From assembly GCA_002811645.1 (NCBI GenBank), contig PDIP01000021.1:186001-250000 (forward strand): 64,000 nt of DNA, in the 5' to 3' direction. Numbering within the stretch: position 1 is the stretch's first letter; each line of letters opens with the position of its first letter. The notes beneath the pieces are model-generated. The model did no database searches. It was not told where the DNA came from and saw only the letters and a program-made list of their open reading frames with translations. Position numbers and translations under genes: made by a program. Positions 9,844 to 19,851 of this stretch are shown in pieces. The stretch comes from Corallochytrium limacisporum Hawaii. Its lineage: Eukaryota; Protista; Pluriformea.

Positions 9844-10569
9844 TTACCAGTTGCCGCCAGGTGGGTGATCGCGGCACGTCTTGCCCTGACGGTTCTGGAA
9901 GGTGAATGAGCACACTGCCCCAGGGATCCGCTGGTGCCAAAACTTGCATGATTCAGCGGTGTTGCGACATGTTCCTTTCAGCCAGAAGCAGCAAATGGCA
10001 TTCTGTTTTTGGACAGGTTGTTGCTGGCCACCCATCATGGGCTGTTGCTGCATGCCAAAGCCACCCTGCTGCTGACCGAACTGGTTCTGCTGGAATGGCT
10101 GCTGCTGGTACTGGTTCTGCTGACCGGCGCCACGGCCACTGCCGCCCTTGCCCCGACTTCGTCCTCTTCCACCGCCGCCAGTCAAATCGTTCTCCACGTG
10201 TTTGCTTTGTAATTCTGCAAGGCTCTCCACAGCAATACCCAGCCTGATTTTCATTGTCTGAGGTGGAATCTTAATCTCCCGAATACAGCTGCGCATATTC
10301 ACTCCTTCGGTATATCCTACTAGCGCCCATTGATCTGTATTGGGATCCACGTTCATATAGACAGCAACGCCGGTCTGTGCCAGAGGGGCCTGCTTCAGGA
10401 AGAAGCAAAAGCGGAACGGTTTCGGCAGAGGTCTTCCTTGACGGACAGGATCATTCTGATCTATGTCGACAGTCCATTTTGTGTTATCCTGGTTGCCCTG
10501 AATCTTATCATGAGGGGTCTCTTCTTCACCCTCGATCACTAGCCCAAAGGGCCATTGTGCAGCTGCCAT
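9844..10569 (-). CDS. Hikeshi/Opi10-like N-terminal domain + RGG + Q-rich region + CCCH zinc finger protein
   Basis: First ATG at 10569 (241 aa). FGLVIEG...KWTVDI...FCFFL...GVAVY...WALVGY...RLGIAVESLAEL resembles Hikeshi FG.LV.G...KFVF.L...VVFM...GSVY...WQLLGF...QIGISVE. It is followed by GGGGRGRSRGKGGSGRG, Q-rich repeats and C-x7-C-x6-C-x3-H. Confidence 0.65.
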   Translation of the reverse strand: MAAAQWPFGLVIEGEEETPHDKIQGNQDNTKWTVDIDQNDPVRQGRPLPKPFRFCFFLKQAPLAQTGVAVYMNVDPNTDQWALVGYTEGVNMRSCIREIKIPPQTMKIRLGIAVESLAELQSKHVENDLTGGGGRGRSRGKGGSGRGAGQQNQYQQQPFQQNQFGQQQGGFGMQQQPMMGGQQQPVQKQNAICCFWLKGTCRNTAESCKFWHQRIPGAVCSFTFQNRQGKTCRDHPPGGNW

Positions 10570-11295
10570 TATGGGATCTAATATGTTGTTCTTTAGGTCT
10601 ATTGGATGAACTACTAAACCCTCTATATCAGACAATTTTTTGAAGGGTATACCCGTTTACGCAGAGCGAACTATATCCCTTCCGCAATATCTTGAATCCT
10701 AAAACACTATCCTAACAGATGTGAAGGCTGTGCGCAAGGAATACCACTCCGTGTCCTCTGTTTGTTACCCCTCCCTGTCCTAAATTAAATACCATCGCGA
10801 ATGTTCACGGTCAGGCCATCCCCTCTCGAAGAAAATCCATGACCCTAGGTCATGCCCGAATTTTCCTTCGTTTTCACTGTTTTTCCGAGGTCACGCTCGC
10901 ATGTCACCGCCCTTTTTGGCTGAGGCGCTGGTACCGCGCTTCTGGAGCGTGTGGGCATTGCTGGACCTAGTGCGCTGGGCCCACACGGGGTGTTTCTTGC
11001 TTTCAATACTCAGACTATGGAGAAATGGGCTTCCGCCCCGCCGTTCTCTTCCCCTTATCAAAGGTACTGAAAGAGAGGGAAAATGGGTAAAGAAATGGTG
11101 GGGAATAATATTGATTGATTGATGGCAATCCCTGAAACCTGATTTTGGCGGACAGACCCAGTGCAAACATCAATGCCATCCAAAGTGTATGCCCTACTGC
11201 GCCTGTGCAGAGTAAGGGGTCATGCGACATGAGCTAAAACCTAAGACACAGTCATAATTCTGATGGGATGATAGTTCACATTTACATGTTGTTTG

Positions 11296-13092
11296 CTAGA
11301 CTTGATTGAGCATACGTTGTGTGCCCATGAGATGCATCTTCCTGCGCATGCGATCCTGACTCTTAGCAAGCCGTTTGACGTATCCTTTCATTTCCGAAAG
11401 CTCTGCGCGGAGCCGATCATTTTCTGCGTTGACGTTAATGGGAAGGCTTCCGTATCCATTGTAGACCCTCCCGGTCTGTGACGTTGTGTGTGATGGCACA
11501 GGTTGCGTGGCTGCCCGGGGGTTTTCCTTTGCCAAAGTCACTTTCAGAGCCGCGAGTTCGTGCGACAGGCCTTCAAGGCGCCTATCTAACTGGCGGTCGA
11601 ATGTGACGCTTTCTCGACTTCGAGTAGGACTACCTAATGCAGCGGAACGAATCGATGAATCGCGCGGTGGAGGCGGAGGTGGAGGTCTACTAGGCAAGAG
11701 GGGACCTTCCGGTAGAGGAGGGCCCATAATTTCACGTGCTAAACTGTCCGACGGGTCGAACGTCATTGTTTCAGGTTCTCGTGGTTGCTCTGCGCCGGAC
11801 GCCTTAAAGACCTCCCGAGCAGCCTCGCTTTGCCTCTTGGCAGATGTGACGAGATCTTTCAATTTGTGCTCAAGCTCATTGATCCGTTTTTCACCACGTT
11901 CTTGCGTTGATCGCTGTGCCTGGACTTCGGCCTCTGCGCCAACTAATCGTAGACGTAGACGATCAATTTCTTCTTCGGCTTTGGACGTTCTCCGTTTCTC
12001 CATGTCCAGTTGTGATCGTGCTGCAAGCTCCTGGTCCTGTAACTTCTGGTTGTTTGCCTTGATGAATTGAAGTTCGTTTCGGAGGACGAACATGCTCGCT
12101 TGCTCTTCTGCTATAGTTTGAGAGTGTGCTACCTTGTCAGCCTGTAGCTGCTCAGCCAGGATATCACGCTCTTTCCTGAGATTTTCCACAAGAATTTGAT
12201 CATTTCGCCAGTTCTGCATGACATCCTCCATTTGTGCCTGCAATCGACCACTGTGTGCTTCAGAATTCTGCCTGGCTTCTTGAAGCGATGTGTTTTCATA
12301 TTTTAACCTCTGCACTTCCAACTTCAAGTCTTCAATCTCCGGTTCCAAAGCGGCAGCCTTCTTAATGCCTTCTTGGCCAGCGTTATGCGAGTTCTGCTGC
12401 AACCGAACCTGCTCTTCTGCATCAAAGAGCAATTTTCTCAATCTCTCAGCTTCAAATTTGTGGCGATCACGGTCCTCTACAATGATTCGGTACTCGGCAA
12501 TCTTACCCTGATTCTCCACCATCTGCCGCTTAAGGGTGAGAGCTTCATCCCGAAAAGCATCCCGTTCTGCCAGCACTTCATCAAGGCCCTTCTTGGCTGT
12601 TTCCAGACGAAGCATCTCTGAAGTCTGGTCAGCGTTCTCGCTAGCCAGACTCTGCATTTCCCTTAATGTCTCATTGTGCGATGCTTCAAGTTCGATGTAG
12701 TTCTGTTTGTGAATTTTGACTTGGCTCTCCAACTCTGAGATTCTGTTTTCAGCCCGTCGCATCTTCCCTGTAATATCTTCAACATCTTGTTCCGCCTTCT
12801 GAAGGCGACTTTTTTGCTTTTTCCGGTCCTCAGTGACCCTGCGAAGGATCTCAGTCACTTTTTGCTCCCTTCGATTCCATACTTTCCGCTCCTTTTCCAC
12901 GGACTCCAGAACCAGCTGGAGTTCACCATTGATAATTCCTGCTATTTGCTTGTGGGTGTCATTCTCAGAGAATCGTAATTCTTCAACTGTACCCTTCAGC
13001 GATTGTGCGGACTTGAAAAGTTGACTAACATTTCCGCTACCTTTTCCATGGCTCTTTAGCTGTTGTGTAAGATTTAAACTAAGATCGGACAT
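11296..13092 (-). CDS. Long coiled-coil protein with a polyproline segment, function unknown
   Basis: 598-aa ORF with E/K/Q/L/R-rich heptads over roughly 430 aa, then PSRPPPPPPP and a short C-terminal coil. No family recognised. Confidence 0.8.
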   Translation of the reverse strand: MSDLSLNLTQQLKSHGKGSGNVSQLFKSAQSLKGTVEELRFSENDTHKQIAGIINGELQLVLESVEKERKVWNRREQKVTEILRRVTEDRKKQKSRLQKAEQDVEDITGKMRRAENRISELESQVKIHKQNYIELEASHNETLREMQSLASENADQTSEMLRLETAKKGLDEVLAERDAFRDEALTLKRQMVENQGKIAEYRIIVEDRDRHKFEAERLRKLLFDAEEQVRLQQNSHNAGQEGIKKAAALEPEIEDLKLEVQRLKYENTSLQEARQNSEAHSGRLQAQMEDVMQNWRNDQILVENLRKERDILAEQLQADKVAHSQTIAEEQASMFVLRNELQFIKANNQKLQDQELAARSQLDMEKRRTSKAEEEIDRLRLRLVGAEAEVQAQRSTQERGEKRINELEHKLKDLVTSAKRQSEAAREVFKASGAEQPREPETMTFDPSDSLAREIMGPPLPEGPLLPSRPPPPPPPRDSSIRSAALGSPTRSRESVTFDRQLDRRLEGLSHELAALKVTLAKENPRAATQPVPSHTTSQTGRVYNGYGSLPINVNAENDRLRAELSEMKGYVKRLAKSQDRMRRKMHLMGTQRMLNQV

Positions 13093-14171
13093 GTTGAGGT
13101 CCCTACTATTGTTCCCTATGTCATTTCGTATACTGTTGATCTATTTGCTTGATATGATCTATATGGATCTGACATGAACGGATCGGAGTCTGCCCTTCCA
13201 TAGGAACGTTGTTCAAGTACCTGCGGTGAGACTGACGCACCACCAGCATTCTTCGTGCAGGTCTGGAACCTCATTCTAGCCATTTTTCCGTAGACTTTCC
13301 CGCCAACCCAGAAGACGTAGTTCCAATACTTTTACTATACATATTTCGAACTTTCATATTGGAAGTACTGGCGGGGCCGCCTGCAGTTGAGTTGAATCGA
13401 AAGCAATCGGTTGCTCGGTAAGCAACAGACTGAGCCTCGATGTTTCTGTAGTTCCAATTCTGAATGACTGATAGCAAATTTCTGCTCAGATCCTCAGTGT
13501 TGCGTCCTATACTGAACCAGTTGGACAAAGTGATTGACACGGTCGCGGGCTACGTAACTCTGAATCCTAAGGATTCTGCGTGCGCGTTCGGAACCGCCGC
13601 CTTTCCGCGCACTTGTACCGGCCAAATTCAGGCGTGTCATCCCTGCTTCTGATTGGCGGGAATTGGCCTGCCTAGTGGTCTGTTGGGAGGGCACAACGGT
13701 TGTACGAAACAGGGAGAAGGGGGAGCAACTGCTTGAGTACGATTAAATTTCGCAGAGTCAATGAATACTTACCAGTTTTAACAATACGGGAAATGCGTCG
13801 CTATGTTGTGCGATGGCCCGCCGCTAGCGTTGGGAGGGACCCGCTCCAGATTTGGTGTTCCGCCTGATGGATCTTGGGTATATTCAGCCGGGCAAGGGCA
13901 GCTCATCGCCCGTTTTGGACTGAGGGGAGTCGGGATAATGAGATTCAAACACTTTTACTGTGCATGTGATGTCTTTAGACGGACCAAAGGATAGATCACA
14001 TAATTAGGAGAGTTGTGGTACTTTTGGGTACTTTGAATTGCACATCACGATTGGTTGAACCAGTCCAGAAAGTGCACACCTCCAGAGCAGTTCAGTTGCT
14101 CACGAGAGAGAACGTTAGAAAGCAGCGCTTGAGCATGACCTAGCACATCTACGGGTAACGGTATAAACTTC

Positions 14172-15632
14172 ATGATCGATAAGTTTTCAAACAATACGAT
14201 GACACCAATTACAACAGCCAGTGGCGAATGGGAGCGTATGGCTCCGGGTGACATCAAGCGCCGCAAGTCTGCGAAGCTGAATAGAACCTCGTCAGGGTTC
14301 GTGTGCTACACAACCCCGGAGTTGAGCAAATCAGTGAGCAGTCTCAGCAATGGTAGCAATTGGTCGGTGCATTCTAGAGGATCTGTGGTGGAAATAAACA
14401 AGCCTCTTGACGGGGACTCATCAAAGTCGAGCTCAGATCAAAGCGTGCAGTCTCCTTTGGAAACCGACGGCGAGCAGGAAGTGTTGCAATTTACCACTGA
14501 GATTCTTGACACAAGTTATCCCACTCTGAGTGCGTACGGTGATTATTTTTACGGGAAAAAGCATCGGTGCTACATTGGGGGAGACAAGAAGTCTCCTCTG
14601 TTCCTGTTTGCTGTTCAGGACAAGCCATCCAACTATCGCTGTCTCCTTTGGACTCCAATGGCTAGTATCCATTTTCTCCTCCGGGTGAAGAGGCGTGTGA
14701 TTAAGGTAATCTCCTTGGGAGACGAATCTTTTCTTAAGGCAGTCGCAAAGGCTGATTTTATGAAAGATAATGATGTCAATGCAGAGGACATCTTGCGGAT
14801 GGACAGAGCCGATACGAATCAAATCACAAGGGATGTCTTGACTGTAGAAAGGAAGTTCTTTGATACAATTTTGCCGCTGAAACATAAGTTTGGCTGCCTC
14901 TACGTTGGTAAGGACCAAACAACTGAGCTCGAGATCCTGGGCAATAAGAATCACAGCAAACATTTCGAAGACTTTATGAACTTAATAAGTAACAAGACGC
15001 CTTTGAAGGGACATGAGAGGTTTGCAGGTGGCTTGGATGTGAAGAAGGACACAACTGGAACTCATTCCTACTACCATGTGTGCAACATTGCGGAGGAAAA
15101 TCGTGAAGAAGAAATTCTCTTCCATTGCGCCACCATGATCCCTGTCAAAGACAGTGACACTCAATTCACACAGAAGAAGAAGCACATCGGAAACGACATT
15201 GGATGTCTGGTATTCATCGATGACCCCAATACTTCGTTCGATCCGAGCTGCTTCAGGACTAAGTTTATTCAGTACTATCTTGTGGTGCGCCGTGTGAGCC
15301 CAGATGACGCCAAAAAAGCGGTATACGAATCCGAAGTTGTGAAACGGAACACTGTCTTCGATTTCCCTCCCGTTTTGCCCACTGCACAGTCTGAACATGA
15401 CCAAGACTTCGCCGCTTATATTACGCAGAAGTTGATCATGGGTCACCGCTACGCGATGCTCAGTGTAAAGAGTTTCATTGGTCCCATTAGCAGCGCCCGT
15501 GTTGACCTGCTGAGTGACATTGCCAAAAAGAAGGAAAGGACATCTTCGTTGAAAAAGGACTCCAAGAACAATCGCTTTGCCAGTGTCGACAATATCTTGT
15601 TCAACAATCGGCGCAGGCATCATGCCTCGTAA
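14172..15632 (+). CDS. Rap/Ran GTPase-activating protein (Rap1GAP family)
   Basis: HKFGCLYV..DQTTE.EILGN, F..F...I, FAGGLDVKKDTTG, EILFHCATMIP, and KKKHIGND carrying the catalytic Asn thumb. AATAAA at 15651. The exact start Met is uncertain. Confidence 0.92.
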   Translation: MIDKFSNNTMTPITTASGEWERMAPGDIKRRKSAKLNRTSSGFVCYTTPELSKSVSSLSNGSNWSVHSRGSVVEINKPLDGDSSKSSSDQSVQSPLETDGEQEVLQFTTEILDTSYPTLSAYGDYFYGKKHRCYIGGDKKSPLFLFAVQDKPSNYRCLLWTPMASIHFLLRVKRRVIKVISLGDESFLKAVAKADFMKDNDVNAEDILRMDRADTNQITRDVLTVERKFFDTILPLKHKFGCLYVGKDQTTELEILGNKNHSKHFEDFMNLISNKTPLKGHERFAGGLDVKKDTTGTHSYYHVCNIAEENREEEILFHCATMIPVKDSDTQFTQKKKHIGNDIGCLVFIDDPNTSFDPSCFRTKFIQYYLVVRRVSPDDAKKAVYESEVVKRNTVFDFPPVLPTAQSEHDQDFAAYITQKLIMGHRYAMLSVKSFIGPISSARVDLLSDIAKKKERTSSLKKDSKNNRFASVDNILFNNRRRHHAS

Positions 15633-15772
15633 GGAGGTCACGAATGTATCAATAAAGCACTCAAATTACATCGTATACACATATTACAGATGTATCAATC
15701 GAAGTTGTTTCTTACTGTAAAGGACCTGCTGGCCACTTTATTGTTAGTTCACTGTAGAACTGTCGGTCATGC

Positions 15773-16402
15773 TTAGCAGCAACCACCCCTATGAGTGGTC
15801 TCCGGAAGGGGGTCCTCCTGCACAGGGAAGCCATTGGTCTTTGGTACTCGTCCACCTGCACCACCGTTCTGGTTAGGGAATCCCTTGTCAAGCAGACGGT
15901 GTTTGATGTCTAGAACCACTGCATGGAAGGCCTCGTTGACGTTTGTCGAAACCTTTGCACTGGTTTCGAAGTACTTGAGGTCGTACTCCGCTGCCAGAGC
16001 TTTTCCTTTCTCTTCTGAAATGACTCGCTCTTCGACGCAGTCCAACTTGTTGCCGATTAGGACCTTTTCGACATCCTTGCTCGCGTGTTGTTCAATGTTC
16101 CGAACCCAGTTCTTGATGTTGTCAAACGATTTTTCTTTCGTCACGTCATAGACCAATAAAATTCCCATCGCTCCACGGTAATATGCCGTGGTGATGGTGC
16201 GGAAGCGCTCCTGGCCGGCTGTGTCCCATATCTGCAGCTTGATTCGCTTGCCCTCGACCTCAACTGTCTTCACTTTGAAATCAATACCAATGGTGGTAAT
16301 GTAACTTGGCGAGAAGGTATCATCACTAAAGCGGATGATCAGGCTGCTCTTGCCCACGCCTGAGTCACCAATGAGCAAAAGTTTCACTAAGTAGTCGAAC
16401 AT
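15773..16402 (-). CDS. RAB8: Rab8/Sec4-family small GTPase
   Basis: [50 protein letters not shown], and a C-terminal GGCC prenylation motif. Confidence 0.9.
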   Translation of the reverse strand: MFDYLVKLLLIGDSGVGKSSLIIRFSDDTFSPSYITTIGIDFKVKTVEVEGKRIKLQIWDTAGQERFRTITTAYYRGAMGILLVYDVTKEKSFDNIKNWVRNIEQHASKDVEKVLIGNKLDCVEERVISEEKGKALAAEYDLKYFETSAKVSTNVNEAFHAVVLDIKHRLLDKGFPNQNGGAGGRVPKTNGFPVQEDPLPETTHRGGCC

Positions 16403-16826
16403 TCCACCAGCACTGGTCGCCGTTACCCAGAGTGTGGGGTCCCTTACGCACCAATTGTTCCAATTCTTTCCCTGTCAACAGGCCAGCAATGTCAGACTTC
16501 ACCTCTGGTTCAGTACACAAATTTATCTTCTTGGGGTTCCGAAGTGTCGTGAAAAATGCACTTGTCCGGAACTCACAGATGGCCACAACGACATTCTTGT
16601 AGCACACAGGTTTGGGACTTGCCTTGCGGACTGGTCTACTGTACAATGCCAAGCACACCATGTCCACCGCAGTCCCCGAGGTCTCGCAATAAAGGGGGCT
16701 GGGATAAACCTTCTACGTCACCGTCTCCGTCACCGTCGCCTTCGCTTGCTATCTGCCGGCGACGCCGCTGTCGCATGCGAGGATTATCTCGACAGAAAAC
16801 CCGCCCACCCCCTACCATTCATTGGT

Positions 16827-16844
16827 CCGTACGCGCGCGTACGG
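16827..16844. repeat. Perfect 18-bp palindrome CCGTACGCGCGCGTACGG
   Basis: Read directly; self-complementary, with an alternating purine/pyrimidine core. Confidence 0.95.
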
Positions 16845-17165
16845 GTGCGAATCCGAGGGAATTGCTTTCATTTCCCCCCGTCTCAATTTCGTCTATGTCT
16901 GCATAAAGAATGTATGAGAAGAAAACTGGGGTGGCGTAAAGCGCTCATCCTTGTCTCACTCAACGACCGCCGGGACCCCACCCAAGCGTCAGTTTCCTCC
17001 GTTGCCCAGCCAGGTTGGTCTCCTGTCCGGTCCCTTTGATTGGGTCTTCCCTCCCAAAGGCCATCAACCAAACTTGTGTCTAATGCAAACGGCCAGCGTT
17101 CACGAAAATCCCCAGTGAACGCCGCAGCGGCTGCAGCACCCCACCATTGAACCATGGGGAGAGCC

Positions 17166-17385
17166 NNNNNNNNNNNNNNNNNNNNNNNNNNNNNNNNNNN
17201 NNNNNNNNNNNNNNNNNNNNNNNNNNNNNNNNNNNNNNNNNNNNNNNNNNNNNNNNNNNNNNNNNNNNNNNNNNNNNNNNNNNNNNNNNNNNNNNNNNNN
17301 NNNNNNNNNNNNNNNNNNNNNNNNNNNNNNNNNNNNNNNNNNNNNNNNNNNNNNNNNNNNNNNNNNNNNNNNNNNNNNNNNNNNN
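17166..17385. other. Assembly gap (220 N), flanked on the right by C tracts and a 16-G homopolymer
   Basis: Run of N, followed by CCCCGCCCCCC-G16 at 17386-17412. Confidence 0.99.
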
Positions 17386-17760
17386 CCCCGCCCCCCGGGG
17401 GGGGGGGGGGGGAGCATTCTGGTCCCGTGCTCATTTCGAGGCTTACTTGGACCGTCGCGATTACAATGACTACCCCTACGATACCGTGGATAGGAGCAGC
17501 GGGTGACGAGGGGATGGCTTTGTCTCATCCGCCTGGCGTGTACGATCGATCTATGGCTTGGTTCTCAAGAGGAAGAGACAAGTGGCTTATCAGGTACTTG
17601 ACACCGTACGTAGTACGACCGCCTTGATAAGTGTTAGGAACGTCATTATGCGTTTGAAGTATAATTTATGGTACAATAAAGGAAACGTGACCATGCACGT
17701 TTCGCTGCTTGTTGTCGCGCTCTGACTGAGGCACCAGGGAAGTGGAAGGTTTTAACATGC

Positions 17761-19851
17761 TTACTCCACTGATTGCACATTGCTGGTGCTTGATTTCCTG
17801 GATGCCTGGCCTTGAGCCAGTTCACTGACTTTGTCCATCAATCGATTCTCCAGTTGCAACAACTGGTTCTCCAATCCCTCCGTTGTGAGGAGAATGACTT
17901 TCGATTCGATAGCTTTGACTCTCTCCATAAGAAGTGCAACGTCCTCCGCACAAATTCCAGGATTCTCAGCTATGCCAGCTGATGCTTGCGAAGAATGTCC
18001 GCTGCGTCGGGAGCGATCTGAGCTTGTCGAGGACTGTCTCATCACCAGTCCGTGGTCGACACCTCCGTCGGCTTGTCCACCACCACTCATTCCTTTCTGT
18101 AAGCCTTCCAAACGCATGAGGAGCGTGTGGAAGTCCTGTCCCATTTCTGAGATACTCTCATCCAGGTGCTCCAAGTAGCTTAATTCTCTGCCTTCTGCGG
18201 TTGCAGTCATGATCAAATCGCGCAGTTGTCGACGGGCGTCGCGGAAGCTAATGATCGCACGAGCCAGTTTTGCTTCATGGTATCCCTGCCACCGTAAGCC
18301 CGCACGTCTGCGAACGCTAGTCCTCCATCCAACCTGTATGACCGTTGCAGCCTTACGGACATACTCCTGTTGCTTGGTCTCCCGAGCCGTGTAAGCCAGC
18401 AAAGCAGATTCCTGCTGGCTGAGCAAGAGTTTTTGAGATACCACGGCGATAATCAAAGCAGTCATGATCTGGCCAAAGAGACCGCTAATCAACCCTACCC
18501 CGCGACCACAGTAGGTTTGAGGCACGACGTCTCCATATCCAATGCTCATCATGGTAATGATTGTAACCCAGACAGCGTCAGCGTAGTTGCGTGTCGCTGC
18601 ATGTGCGTCATCAGGTACACCCTTGTCGCAAATCCGTAAGACATAGCTTGCTACTGTGACATAGCTGATGTAGAGAACAATCAGAGTAGCAACTGGCTTG
18701 CTGTTAATGAGCAATTTGATACTGAACATCACGTTATACTTAATATGGTTCAGAATGCCAATGAAACGGGCACCATTCGACATAGCAAACGCATTGTTAT
18801 GCTTCAAGCACCGGAAAATTAAGTACAATCGCAAGAACATGAGGGCCACAATGAGATCAATCGTGCCGTAGCTCGAGTAGCCGTCGCTACGGATAATATC
18901 ATCTACATTGGGTTGCCACCACGGCGGAATGTGAATGACACAGATACACATTTCAAAGATCATTCCGAGAACAAGTCTCAGGGTCCAAGGACTACTCCTA
19001 TCGTAGACCTTTTCCACGGCATAATTGAGAGCTGCACGGCAACGGAAATACAAGAACAGAAGTGTCAAGAGAATAAGGGTGAGTGCACTAATTAGCCCTT
19101 TCAGAGCCTGCTGACCAGAACTGAGAGTTGTGTCATCAAGGTCCATCCGCCAAGTGGACTCCACGAAAAGGACGGCAAAGATGAGTTGTAGAATCACCAC
19201 GGCCACCATCACGAAACTGATTTTTGCCGTCGTATTATTGATGACTTTGACAACTTCTAACTCAGCAGCTCCCTGACAGGCGGCGTCGTCGAGACTTTCA
19301 ACTGACAGGCCCTTCATGAACTGTTTCAGCTTAGCATCAGACATGTATGGCCGTCGTTGGGTAAGTCCACTATTCCGAATCCGTTGAGCTGTTATGATGC
19401 TTTGTGCAGGCTGGAAATTGAAAGCTCTAAGTAAGCTTGTATGACTAGATCGCCTTTGCAACTCACTGAGGCCCTGCTTGGGACCGCTTTCTATCCGGTC
19501 AACGGTTGTGTCCTTGTCATTGTCCTTATCTTTGTCTATTGATGTCCGTGCGCCTGGAATAGAGGGCAATTGTGTTTTGCTTAGCACTGATCCGGGCAGC
19601 GTAAAAACATCTCGTAAGAAGCCAATTCCACCGCCACTTACACTTCTGAGTGGAGGCATATTCAGAGAATCATCGACAAGGCCCTCATCAACGGATCTTA
19701 TTCCTCGCCACAGTCGAGGATCCTGTCTTATCGGTGATCGTATTGGACTTGAATTCCGTCTCTGGGCCCCGCGGTATGTGCCTATCGTTCCCTCTGCTGC
19801 GTCAGTGGATACAGCAGAGGATGCGAGACGTGGATGACTATCGTTGCCCAT
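17761..19851 (-). CDS. Small-conductance Ca2+-activated K+ channel (SK/KCNN family)
   Basis: ATG at 19851 in an ACAACAATGG context. S3 EMCICVIHIPP, S4 LMFLRLYLIFR, S4-S5 linker ARFIGILNHIKYNVMFSIK, pore TMMSIGYGDVVPQTYCGR, S6 TALIIAVVSQKLLLSQQE, followed by calmodulin-binding helices. Confidence 0.92.
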   Translation of the reverse strand: MGNDSHPRLASSAVSTDAAEGTIGTYRGAQRRNSSPIRSPIRQDPRLWRGIRSVDEGLVDDSLNMPPLRSVSGGGIGFLRDVFTLPGSVLSKTQLPSIPGARTSIDKDKDNDKDTTVDRIESGPKQGLSELQRRSSHTSLLRAFNFQPAQSIITAQRIRNSGLTQRRPYMSDAKLKQFMKGLSVESLDDAACQGAAELEVVKVINNTTAKISFVMVAVVILQLIFAVLFVESTWRMDLDDTTLSSGQQALKGLISALTLILLTLLFLYFRCRAALNYAVEKVYDRSSPWTLRLVLGMIFEMCICVIHIPPWWQPNVDDIIRSDGYSSYGTIDLIVALMFLRLYLIFRCLKHNNAFAMSNGARFIGILNHIKYNVMFSIKLLINSKPVATLIVLYISYVTVASYVLRICDKGVPDDAHAATRNYADAVWVTIITMMSIGYGDVVPQTYCGRGVGLISGLFGQIMTALIIAVVSQKLLLSQQESALLAYTARETKQQEYVRKAATVIQVGWRTSVRRRAGLRWQGYHEAKLARAIISFRDARRQLRDLIMTATAEGRELSYLEHLDESISEMGQDFHTLLMRLEGLQKGMSGGGQADGGVDHGLVMRQSSTSSDRSRRSGHSSQASAGIAENPGICAEDVALLMERVKAIESKVILLTTEGLENQLLQLENRLMDKVSELAQGQASRKSSTSNVQSVE

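Noticed and set aside
13766-13776. ATACTTACCAG, resembling the U1 snRNA 5' end
   Set aside because: It mismatches ATACTTACCTG, and no U1 stem-loops or 70K/U1A loops were found.
16883-17627. ORFs spanning the N gap
   Set aside because: Their length is an artefact of the Ns. The flanks show no recognisable protein, although AATAAA at 17675 leaves a small plus-strand transcript possible.
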